Shown one piece after another: positions 1 through 14,240 of a DNA stretch of 64,000 bases. Position 1 is the first letter of the stretch. Each line of letters starts with the position of its first letter. This stretch comes from Trichoplax adhaerens (taxonomy: Eukaryota; Animalia; Placozoa). The stretch spans positions 797,503 through 861,502 of the forward strand of contig NW_002060951.1 in the NCBI RefSeq assembly GCF_000150275.1. The letters are read 5' to 3'. The notes under the pieces were generated by a model. The model did no database searches and was not told the origin of the DNA. It worked only from the letters and a program-made list of their open reading frames with translations. The position numbers and the translations under genes are program-made.

Positions 1-85
1 CTGACTTCTAGTACTGCCTTATGGACACTTATTGTACAGTCTACACTGCAGTGTCCTGCACAGTGCACTGCATACTCCAACTTGG

Positions 86-197
86 CATTCGGCTTGAACA
101 ATTTCTGTCCTAACACAGTGTTTGTATAGCGATTGCACTCATTTCTGCTTCGAAAATCAATAATTGGATCGGGTTCGGCTTGCCTTTCCACTCCATT
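86..197 (-). repeat. Dispersed ~110-bp repeat, copy 1 (inverted relative to copy at ~27526-27635)
   Basis: Reverse complement aatggagtggaaaggcaagccgaacccgatccaattattgattttcgaagcagaaatgagtgcaatcgctatacaaacactgt matches 27526 onward. Confidence 0.85.
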
Positions 198-575
198 GCA
201 GCAACTGGTGTACAAGTGTACTGTACACTGTACACTGTACAGCATGGGGTCAAATGCTGTACTGTACTGTACACTTGTGTACACTGTACAGTACAGTACA
301 AAGCGAACACGATACAGTACAAATCACTCTGGGAGGATCCCGCTATGCAGTGTTCTATAGTACTGTACAGTACACAGTAATTCGCTATACTCTACGTATA
401 GTATTCGCATGCTGGCCTACAGAAGGACAGAATATTTCTAAGGCTGCGAGACTATGGTCAATCGATAGTACTATCAATGTGTGGTGTATGGGTTTCAAGC
501 ACTGTTGCAACACCAGTAGTGCATCATTTGACTTGAAACTTGCAGCTTCTTACTCAGCTGAATCGCGGAATTGCA

Positions 576-1840
<1,265 letters not shown>

Positions 1841-4800
1841 TGTATTTCATTTTTCAATCAATTCATTACATCATTTCGTTAATGTGTATTTAGTATTCTT
1901 ATGTTGCTAACGGCATCAATATGTTACTATCAAAGTAATGCCGTCCCAGATTAAATCAATTGAACTGTCAAAACTTTATTGGTATTTAAGGTGTAAATAA
2001 TTTTCTAGTGTAATCAATTATTCGGATATGCTCTTGAATGAATTACTAGATATATATATGCCTCGTGTTTAAAATTATCAGAAATAATTGAAATCTTAAC
2101 GGTATAGTAGTGCTCACGAAATATCATCGCTACCTCATTAATCTTCATAAACCTGTAAATAGGATGGACAATGACGTTACTTTAAACTAATATTAGTTCA
2201 TTAATTGGACAAGCAAGGCTTGCAAATTATTCCACCCAAAACGAATGATTATGGAATATTTTTATAACTCAAATCTCATTTCTAATGTTGTAACGGGATC
2301 TTTCAATCAATCAGCCTGATTTGAATCACTAGAGCTTGTTAATAATCTATAGAAATCCTAGTAATTATTTATGCTATTTGCTGATCATATATGAATTATC
2401 ACTTATCTTCTAGAACTTTCTTCACCACTGTACGCAATAAACGTGCGCTTTTTAAAATTAAATATTTATATACGTTTAGATATAAAACAATTCAATGTGT
2501 CCTATATAGGCACAAATAAGGCTTATCTGGTCAATCTGCTGTGAATATTAGAAAAGTTAAAGATACGTAATCTATAGAATACACTCGAACGTATGTCTAC
2601 TAAAATGGAATAACAAATTAACTTCAGCACAAGCTATTCCAGCATATCAACACAGTCCTCCAACGAATAATTGACTATGACAGCCGACTCCTTGCCAATG
2701 TCTACTTTAGAATAAAATAATACAGCCTCCTAGCTTATCCTACAAGCTACGCTCGATATATTGCAGGTCTATTGTCATTTATAAGTAAATTAGGCAGTAT
2801 AATATCTGTTCATCCTTTTCTAGCGATCAATTAAGGCATATAAGAAACTTACTATACCGCTGTACCATCCCCTTAAAATAGTAGGTAGTCTTATAAAGTA
2901 CACTTTTGTACGAATGATATCCAAACATCAATATTAGTGAGTCGTTAATTCATTTGGCTATTTGCTATACTGCAAATAATCTAGTTAAACCTAGCTCCCA
3001 TTAGTGTATATGAACTCGACGGTCGTTAAACGCTTTAATCTACATGCTATTCTGTAGGCACTACAATAGTATTCTCATAGCGTAAAAATATACATATTCT
3101 GATATTCCTACGCAATCGAATCTTTGCTCATCATTATAAACGAAAAATTATCGAATGCGAAATCATAATACTACTTATTTGCCAACTTCAAGGTAAATAA
3201 ATTAAATATGCTGTTATATTAGTTGGTAAAACAGAAAATATGCTATTCCATACGTAATAGCATCATTATTCTTATAATATTTAAATAAAATTGGCAACAA
3301 GACTTTGCTTATCTATCAAAGGAAAAGTTACGAAATACAAGAAGCTCGTCATACTATCAAATTTTTGTCAATACTTATGTTGTTTGACTGTAAGTGTACC
3401 CCGGATTAACTGATAGCAGTACAGTTATCATGTTATTTTAAATCTATTAAGCGAATTTACTCTCAAATACGAGTACATAAAATATCCAATATTACTTTCA
3501 CACATCTTTAATAGCCTTAAACCATTCGAATAATAGAAACTCGATACATTGCGAATGTTTACCACTCTTTGCTACTTGAATCATTTAAAACAGTACAATA
3601 ATATGATAACCTTATAACGCATATAACATTGCACAGTTAAAGTGTTTCATTTTCGAGAATGATTAATGTGTGATACTGATCAGAATCACTTGATCGCAAC
3701 ACACGTAATCTTATTAAAATCGAGCTACCAATAGCTATAAAAATAACTCATTAGATACCTGAAGGCTAATTTATAATCTTAGTGTGGATGTATGCTTATA
3801 TTGCCATGCGGGGGGGAGGGGAATATTTGACTTCTCATTGTCATTGAAGGTATCTCATCACTTCAGCTTCTAGACTATCTTGTAGAAATATCACTCATGA
3901 CATGTTTAAAACCAATATTTACTTGTTAGTACCTCAATTAGTAGTAAGTAATGTTGCTCACTTATCCCGTTACAGCTTAAAAATATGGTACAATCAGTTA
4001 ATTTCTGAGATAATGCAAGCATCCTCTTTGATTTCAAATCCTATATCAATTATATCTTCTATTACTGTAACAGTCAAGCTATAATAATTAACGATCAGCG
4101 ACGGGTTACGGACCAACTATGAATGCTACACCATTAGCAACCCAAATAATTTCATTAAATGCAAAGTTGATCTACTGAGATGTTATCCTTGTAACTATTT
4201 CTAGCGTACTGTAAACATATTTTGATAAATCATTCGCTAGCCAAAGAAAATTTCACTTTATCATGACCCTTACATCAAGTATATGCCCAATTTTAGTGCA
4301 TAGACATAAAATAGATTAAGAGTTAGTGATTAATTATTTAAAACAAGGCGATTATAATATATTCTGCAGGAAAAAATTGACGTATTTACCGGTATCTTGT
4401 AGTTATAGAAAGAAGAAAATATACAAATAGATTCAATTGATAATAACTACGTTACAGTCGAATCATAGCACAAGACTAAATTATACAATATGGAACATAC
4501 AGTCGTAGGTGTATACGCTAATTAAATCAAGACGCTACAATATTATTGTTCATCTCCTTCTACGCTAGTAAAGTGTGGTCTTAAAATGTAAATTAGTATG
4601 AATACAGCTAACAAAAACAGCATCGCTTGGTATCACAATTAGAATAGCTTGATTGAATAGCCTATGTTAAAATGGCAATGCCTAGATATTATAATTAGAA
4701 TAGCAAAGTAAGACGACGGAATAATCTCCATCAATAGCAAACAGCATCAATTTAGAACAAGGATATGGTATGGATAGAAACTAGCCAGAATGGTAACACC

Positions 4801-5075
4801 TGATATGATTATAATTAGAATAACGCAGTAGAAAGACTCAATACCTTCACCAGAAGGTGATTTTGCTTTTCTTATTTTAGAGCAACTTATTAACATGGGT
4901 ATCAAATTAATTAATAAAACATCACCTTGTTTCAATCAGAAGAACAAAGTGCAACAATTTAAATAGCCTCCATCAATAGGCAAAACAGCATCGTACCGGT
5001 ATTCTCCTATTATAGTGCGAATATTTAAGGTATAAAAACTAGCATTTTACAAGTAAGACTTGTCGGGTATATTGA

Positions 5076-8000
5076 TCATAGCTCCGAAACTAGTACTTCC
5101 TTATTTTGATTCTTTAGACTAGTACGCTCTAACTCAGAAAAATCAACATCTTCATCGTCGTCATTTTCACTTGTATTTAAGTCTACACTTTGTGAATTTT
5201 GTTGTTCAGATTCTGTAGTCGGCTCTCCAGGTGTTTCACACAAGGTGGAATCTGAAGTTACTGTTGCAATACTAACTCTCCTAAGATCTACATCGGTCGA
5301 ACAACCTTCTTCATCGTTCGTAGAATGTTGTTCATTTTTATCTGATAGATTATCGTGATCAAGTTGTTGATCCCCAGAGGACTGATTACTACGATCGGAT
5401 TGGGTATGATGATTCGATTGATCATCATAATTTGACTGATCTTCAGTGTTGGGCTGATTATTCTGATCTTCAGTGTTGGGCTGATTATTCTGATCTTCAG
5501 TGTTGGGCTGATTATTCTGATCACGTTCAACAGCTACTTCAACGCAAATATCCTTATTAGATTGTACTTCGGATGATTTTATTTCACAATTTTGCAGCTG
5601 ATGATTCATTTCTTCAAGTTCATCTAAATTAGGTTTCTGGCGGCGATGATTATGGCGAATTGCATCTTCAACTGATAATGTCCTGGTTGTAAAAGGTGTA
5701 GCTTGATCTGCTGGTTCGTTTTTGTCATAATTGCTACTGCTGCTCGAGAGTCGATTATCATTACCTGCTCCTTCCTCATCTAGAATTTTACCCTGCCGAT
5801 TAACTATGATGGCCGGATTTACGCTTCCTCTAGTATTACGCCGTGGATAATTGATGACATCAACGTTATCCTTATCCGAAAGTGGGTTACCGAGGAAACT
5901 ATTCATACCTCGTCTTTGCAAAATGGGAGACGGCGCTACTCCACGTCGGCTATCGATAAAACTTTTAATAAAGGCAATAGTTCCTCTTCTACCGCTCTAT
6001 ATCAAAATCATATTATAGTTTCACAAATAAGATCAAGTTTAAATATATGTAGGCTGTAGATCTTCTCCAATTATTTTTTGCTATTAGTAGAGCATTACAA
6101 ATATGCTTTTAATACAAAGATTATAAAATACAGGTGACAGCTTCTCACTTTTTGCTCAACAATATTAATATTGTATTAGTCCGTGCATAATTCATTATTT
6201 CATATAAGGAATTATTTTTGATAGGTGTATGTAGGTAAGATTTTACTTCTTATTATACCGTGCGATTAAAGGGGTATTATTAACGAAGACTTCATATCAA
6301 GAAGAATTTCAATTTTGGCAACAGTTCCTTTCTGCCGCTCTAAGCGATTCATACTGTATTATAAAGTCATATTTGACGTCTACATTTCTTAATTATAAGC
6401 CACAGCCTATCTATACTTCTATATAATTACTGCAATAGCTTATTCTAAACTAATGGCATAAATACATCGACATTAATTTCGTCACTATCAGTGGACTATG
6501 GCTATTTATGTTGACTTATGTTTCATGTTAATACGGCTATTAAGTTCTAATTATAGCCTTCATATCAAGGAGTACAAAGCCTTGAAGCTGTACAAAAGCT
6601 ATTTGTTTGCTAATCAAAGATAACATTCCTACCTTGACTAATAGTCTTTTACTTTCTTTCGTCATTTCCCATTCGGTAGTTTTAACATAGTAGGTGTTGA
6701 TACCAACAGTCCTATAGAAATCGTCAGTCTAAATTGTAAATAAGGATAGAAAATAATAATGGAAAATCCAAAGTTAGAAAAGACTAAATTCCGATCAGGT
6801 TTCATATCTTTTACTCCAATTAACTATCCTTTATTTACATATATATATAAATCACTTTATACCCTAATAAATTTATTTTTGGTATTCATCAATATTGTTT
6901 CCTAGAAGAACAGGTGAAAGAATTCTTTACTTAATTAATCTCAATCAGAATTTGCATATGCATAAACATGAAAAAGAAGGAATAAAAGCATCCTACATAT
7001 CTATATAATTTCTATCGCTATACAGTATTTCCTAGAATTACGTGTATGTAGAAACTGATTCTTTTCAGCACCATCAAAATCGATAGATGCAGAAATCGAC
7101 ACTACTTTAATACAGTACCTAGTAACTACTATAATACGTACTATATAAATGTAATATATTTTCATATACGTTGCAAAATTTAAGTTAATTCTGATCGTAA
7201 TACAATGATAGAACCAGTATCATATTTTTCAATTACCACTAAAGATCCAATATATTCTTTAGGGTCGCGAATGTCAACGCGATCATGACCCAATAAGACA
7301 CTCTTTAAATCAATTCCCCTCTTTCGAACATAATTATACAATTCCCATTCAGTAACCTATCCAAAAATATAGAATTATGATTTTAATAACGCCAGCTATT
7401 AAATTTTATAGAATTATTTTGATTTATTAGCTACTATTACTACTTATAACGTAATAAAATCAATATAGCCCAGTAAATAAAATTAAAATTCGTGTGCATT
7501 TATTCGTAGGAGTACACGAGTAAAAGCTTACGAATAAAAATAAAATCGGGGTTACTATTTCTATATGCTACGTAACGTCCAGGAAAAAAAAATAAGATTA
7601 CTCGTAACTGTAAGATACTGTATATGAGTTGAAACATGAATAGTAAGCTTACCATGCCGTCATCATCAACATTGAGTTGATGTACAAATCTTCCGATCAA
7701 AAATTCTCTTGTAGCATCGGAGAATTTAGTTGGATCCTCGCTACATAATATTCTTATGTCATCATCAACTAATTCCTCCTAATTAATAGCAATAACCAGA
7801 CAATTTAATATCGGTCAATTGATATAACCATCCATCTAACTATAAATTTATATGGTACACGGTATCAATGGAACAGGTAGAGGCTGTATACTGATCACAT
7901 TGCTAGTCTACACTAATAGTATATCATAAACACTTGAAATATCGAAAGTAATAAATTTTTTGAGCATAGGATGAAATAATTTTAGATTTTGTAGTAGCTC

Positions 8001-11000
8001 TGATAAATTAATCAAGATAATTAGTACAACTGCAGCATTCCATGATTTAATTGCTCATTCCAAATCTATTGATAAAACGAGGCAAAGTTAAAAATAAAGA
8101 ATCAACCTATCTTGTATCCTATTTACCCGCTAAAAAGTATACTATATTTACTAGACACAAACTAATCCTATCATAGTCAGCAGTAACATTTTTCCTTTCA
8201 CCTGAGTTAGAACACTTTGTACATCAATCACGTCATAATATAATTCTTCATATTTCTCCTTACTTTCGCTTAGAACCTATCAATGAAATTACAGTATTTT
8301 ACAACACCAAATTTACCTTCGATTTATTAAATAGAATTTTAAGTCTATTATCTCATCAAATATCGACTGCAGTACCCTTATAAGCAGTGGCATTTTATGC
8401 CAGTCTTTCAATACATAAAATATAATCAAATTAAATAGAATTGTAACGCAATTACCCCTATAACATCTCGAATAATAATTTCCACAGCTTTACTTTTTTG
8501 GCCTTGACTTAAGTAAGCCTCCTCCTATCAATTAAAGTAATGCAGCATGAAACTTTCCATTGAAATAAATATAATAAATTAACAAAATCGGAGGACGACA
8601 TAGGATGTTCCATGCGATTGTCTCAAACAAGGTATTTTTTTCACATTTTTACATCAGTTATATCCCAGATGAGAATATCGATACTGGTATGCTTACGAAA
8701 CAGATAATTTGATCTAGCTATATCTAATCTAGTTACATACCAGCCAATCTTCAACTTTATCCTCAGATTTATCCTTATTAGTAGGAAATTGGATGTTTTC
8801 ATCAAGATCTTGCATAAACCCAAGTAATTCTAGCAGAGTAACCTAATTAAATTGAAAGACCATGTTATATTAACTTAACAAGCTTTTTCTTATTCATGTA
8901 ATCTGCTAATGGCTAGATATCCATGATACTCATATCTATATATGACAAGTAGTATCCAAACTCTCCTAATTTGCGATTTCTTTCGCTATCATAAGGTATT
9001 AATAATTCATGAACTATTCATAAGCACATAAATCATCGGATAGATATCATTAAAGTCCTCAAACTTATATCCACATAAAACTATTATTGACCATATCTTA
9101 AAGCAATCCTTATGATTTATCGACGCTTATACCTACTAGAAGACTGCTATAAATCTATTTTTAAAACTTTTAGCAACGAAACTGATATTATAAACAGTAT
9201 TATTCAACCTATAAGTACCGTAACTCTCAGGTTATCATTAGTCTCTATTTTTCCTTTCATATATTACGAGACTTTACATTGTTGGAATTAATACGCATAT
9301 AACAGTCCTGGACGTTAGATTTTTATAAATCAATGCATACCTTTTTATCGCCATCAGGATTAATTTGCTGTAGAAGCTCTACATAACTATTGCATTTGAG
9401 TATCCGCAGGGATTTCTTAGGCAGCTAATTAATTAGCATTTAATAAACAAATTTGATATTAATAATGAATCGGTATCCGGAAATACATTTAGGTCCTTCA
9501 TTACAACTATAAGGTAGTATAATGTTTATTCTTCATGTTTCAAATATTACACTTTCTGATTATTATAAGACGGTTACGTTACGAAAGTCATGCTCGAAAT
9601 TTACTACTGATTTTAGAAGATTATTATAAGTTATCAAGAAGCTTTGTTCTACAACTACGATCTTGATTTATTATCTTAATTAATTAAGGAACATAAATTC
9701 CTCATATAATTGCAACCATGAGTTCCCATAAGCATCATTAGTTCTCATCAAGTAGACTTGATAATAGTATACTATGGGCTGATCGACGTGGTAAACGGGA
9801 AATACCTCTTTTATACACTCCTTGACCTTTTCCGTTTCATAACAAATTTCATCATAAAACTTCGGTTCCTTCTCCCGTAATAACTTTATGAAAGTACCAA
9901 AAGCTTCTGATAGATTATGTTTTTTCGTAGCTTCAATGTAGCATTTCATTCTAATTTCAAATACAACAACATAAAATCCATACATAAAGTGAACCCATCG
10001 CGCATTAATATATCATATAGTTTCCTAGCTTTAATGGTTTTACTATTACTTCAAGTAATGGTACAACACTAATAATTAGAATAACAATTTTACTAGAATA
10101 GCAGAATATGAATAGGATAGGCTATCGTATTGAAAGATTCATATTTATTATATTGTACTTTTACACTCTACGCTTAAATCAAGCATAACCAAATTACTTA
10201 GTCTATCAATCAATCAAATAGTTGCAAAATCCTTAGATTAAATCGCAACCATCCATTCATAAATTCATAAAATAGTTGGGGTAGATATACCTCTTCTTCA
10301 TCCTTTTCTCTTGTGTTTGTTTTAGCCTGTCAATTTGTGTAATGGGCTTCCTACCAAATAATTTCTGCTCTCTCCTAATTAATTTTTTCCCAAAAATCTC
10401 AGGTTCATTTTCTGAAAACTATACAACATATCCAAATGTTATCAATTTAAATTTGATTTTCAGTATAATTTTGCTGTAACGTCCTATTCTTAACACCAGC
10501 ATCTAATATTGTTTATAAGTAGCTTAAGTTAAAAATCCATTTTTATTTTATAATAAGAAGAGCTATCATCTAGCACAGATATTGCTTTAATCTGGGCTTG
10601 TTTGTAATGCAATTGAACTATATATTATTTTAGAGGTTGCTAAAAGGAATGATAGCTCTCCTTTGATAAGCTTCAGAGCAGTGTCTATCACATAATTAAG
10701 TATTAATTACAAAATGAGGATATCCAAACTTACCAATAGAAAGCCAATAGTTTTATTATCTTCCCCTAGTTTAAATCGATCATCCACCTCTCCTGAATTT
10801 CCGCTTTGAACTTTACGAAGGAAAGTGTTCTCTTCCTTCATGGATAGCCACCAACCTAGAAGCCATACAGTACAATATCCATTATCAATTGATTAAAATA
10901 TTTTTAGGGCTATTACAAAATATTTAATTGAAATCGATGCAATGCTTCTTTAATACAAGCTACATTTATGTAAATGCCCATATTGAAGGCTTTAAAGTTA

Positions 11001-14000
11001 ATAAGTTTTGATGTAATATCTTGCTCTAAAAGTTCTATTTGTATGGCCACACTAAAAATAATTAAAATTTGATGTGGTAATCAATTTACTTCAAGTTATA
11101 CATACATGGTTATATCGAAATTTGAATTAAAAGTGAAGCAATATTCCATCTACTGCATTTATAACCATGCAGATATAATAGGTTATATCAGGTTGATAGG
11201 GCTACTATTTTTTACAAGTTATACGTATTACTAAATTAAATTTGATTAGCATCGACGTACTATTCTACATACACGTATAGCAATTTATGTTTGCACCGTG
11301 ATATCGAAAATAGTTAAATTCAATGCGATATCGTATTTCATAATTATCATAAACAGCTGAGTACAGTACCTACCATCGAACACATGGATTGGATAGTTAC
11401 ATACTAATCCACCATCAGTATAAATATCGTTGAATGTTGCTCCTTTTTCCCAATTACCACAGCAGCAACAACAAAATAGGCATCGTATACATTTAAAAGT
11501 CGATTCTCGTCTTTCTTCTTCTTTCGACAGATCTTGTCGTTTATACTTTGCTCTCGTAAAATAGCCTGTAAAGCATCGTATGCAATGCATGCATTAGTCA
11601 AGCCTTAAATATATTCATTATCTTAAGACTAATGTTATTTACCTAGGGCTTGCTTGATAACATATCGCTTACTATTTTATGTGGAGCTATCATTGTATAC
11701 GGTAGTAATTTATGTTACTATATCATATTTTTGTCCTCTATGGATACCGAACTTAATAGAAATGAAATTCTTGCCTAAAAACCTCATTACTGCATTCCTT
11801 TTTAAATGATTATACGTAGTGATAACTTTTTTGTCAAGTCATGAATATTAGGTTTATTTGATATTTAAATCATAAATTGACGTTCGCAGAGAAATTTTGT
11901 ATAAGTTAGTTAAGCTATTAGCTGCTAATTTGTGATACACGAGAAAGATATATAACCATCAGCAAAGTAAAAATCATAAAGCTGCCCTACCAGCACAGAA
12001 ACTACAGCATCATTATTAGAATGTATGATTAAGCATCAAGGATTCGTTGTATAAGTTGATTGATAACGGTTCAAGACTGTTTAAGGAAAACTTTTTCAGC
12101 TACAGCCCACAGCCCTCAAGCACATCAAATGACTTGCTAATAATATGTAGTACTGTAAAGCTCAGTACAATAATATGCATTTATTACTGAATGATAGATA
12201 ATATTATAGAGCTCGGACACTAATTAAAGTTATACTCTCTTATTAGCTTTGGCTACTTCAACATGATACTTCCAAGTTTTTTATTAATATTACGTCTGAT
12301 CAATTGCCCGTACCTGGTAGTGACATGGACATTCTAACTGCTTTATAGATTGGTATGTGAGGAGTTGTTTTCGGATGAAAATATTCCGCATCTAATCGAT
12401 TTAAATTGGTAGCTAAAACACATAGTTCGATGCCGGTATCGTCATAAAGCTATGATAAAGGAAAGAAATAAAGCAAAGGAATTCAAAATCGGATCTGAAA
12501 TGTAGCAGATTTAAATAATTTTGAATATGAAATTGCCTTTTGATAATTTTTAAGTATTTTCTATACTTTTATCAAGTGCTAATTACAGCAAATATATATA
12601 ATCAACATTTTACAGTTACCTCACGAAAGGTTAAATCGAATTTCCTGTTATCCTGACTCAGATACGGACCCTCTGCTAATTTTCGTTGAAACCACTTTTC
12701 TAAACGCCCACCGGGATTCCAGCCATATCGTAAGATTAAATTTGGCAAGCAACATATTTTCCCGCGCCAATCATCTGCACTCAATCATACCGAGTAAGAA
12801 GCAATTCCGAATAAAATAAAGGAAGATGGAGTAAGAACAAAGATTCATAAAGAACGATAAAGCGCATACACTGTCACGGTTTTAATATAATGCTGTTAAT
12901 CAAGAATTTACCTTTAATAACTCTCTTGATCGTATCACCTTCAAGAGTATTAGCAATCTCGTCAACACTGAAACCAACTGCTAGCAGAGCAACCAGCATG
13001 GCGCCAGCACTCGCCCCAGCATAGCGACGAATCTTAGGTTTACCATCTGCTTCTTTAAATAATTCTAACCTGTTTAACACCTTCAGAATACAACAAAAGT
13101 AATTCAAAATAAAAAAAGCAGTCCGTTAATATGTCCAAACCATCACGAACACCTGTTGAAATGAAGGAATATATGTACAGGTGGCTTAAGCACTTAATAT
13201 AATCGTTTACGGAAATAAATGCAGATTTGTAAATAATAAATATCGTAAATTAATTAAATCTGTTTACACTTTTTGAAAGTTTATACGATCTAATTACTTT
13301 AACTCTGTAGATAACAAGACGACAGTTTTGGACTCATGTGTGTGAGTATGTAAACTTTACAGCTAATAAAATTAAAAATAAACTGTGCTATATGGGTAAA
13401 TGGTACGTATGACAACAAAGCGACAATCTTTATAGTTGTTTTCGTTTAAGTAAGATTAATCATCATATTGTTTAAATTCATTCAGCGTTATCTCATTAAA
13501 ATAAACGTAAAATTACACCAGACTTTTACTGCTCAGGATTTACTCATTTTAACTATTGTCAATTTAAAGCGGTTACCTCTGATTATATCTTAAAATTTAA
13601 ATAAGTTTTATACTAATGTAACATAAGCCAGAAATCGTTTTACCTTATTAAGATCTAACTTCAGGTAATTAAATTTAATCACTAAATCTAGCTCCACATA
13701 TTAACATGTTGAAGAAGCACAAAACGATCTCAGACTCTAATTAATGATGAGTTAGTCCTTTCGCCAAACTTAGCGTTAAATAATCATCCTAAATTACGTT
13801 ATGCTACCATAACTGTAAATTTTTAGCAATTACCGTTGACGATACTAACCTTAAAGCCAGAGAAAAAGTATCACGAACGATAAATCGCAATGTATAATTA
13901 CAATTAAATGATTATCACCTTCCTATATGTTACTCCCCAGTCATTGATTTATTACCTTAATCTCTTTCTATTTTTGCCTTATATTTTAAATGTATCAACA

Positions 14001-14240
14001 TCTTGCTATTAAAAACGCCCTTATTTAATTTTTCGTACACGGTAAAATAATCATCATGGTGCCACGACTAACCTGTAAAGCTCCAACATAAGCCATTCCT
14101 TTGACTCCTCCGCCTTCGAATACTAAATTCTCGAATGGAACTCTAGAAATAGAATGGTCTTCTATCAAAGCATCCAGTTGTGCTTTTAACAATTGGAGTT
14201 GTAACTCCTCTTCTTCTTCCCAAATATCGAGTAAGCTCAT
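5076..14240 (-). CDS. Patatin-like phospholipase A (ExoU/VipD-like subfamily) with poly-Cys insert, two EF-hand-like loops and a long acidic low-complexity C-tail; ~17 exons (e.g. 14240-14073, ~13081-12911, ~12775-12620, ~12449-12313, ~11565-11371, ~10855-10733, 10418-10291, 9950-9806, 9424-9341, 8842-8741, 8524-8456, 8276-8202, 7778-7653, 7356-7237, 6901-6863, 6728-6633, 5996-5076)
   Basis: FENLVFEGGGVKGMAYVGAL (oxyanion GGGxK), GASAG (catalytic Ser), AVRMSMSLPG, YTDGGLVCNYPIHVFDG (catalytic Asp), GWWLS, RTVGINT. Start Met is uncertain because there is a splice acceptor at 14271 upstream of it. Confidence 0.88.
5437..5520 (-). repeat. 27-bp coding tandem repeat x3 (QNNQPNTED) in the last exon of patatin A
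   Basis: tgatcttcagtgttgggctgattattc is repeated three times on the + strand. Confidence 0.95.

Noticed and set aside
9680-9985. Apparent stand-alone 101-aa nested ORF
   Set aside because: Its core (9950-9806) is a phase-compatible exon of patatin A.
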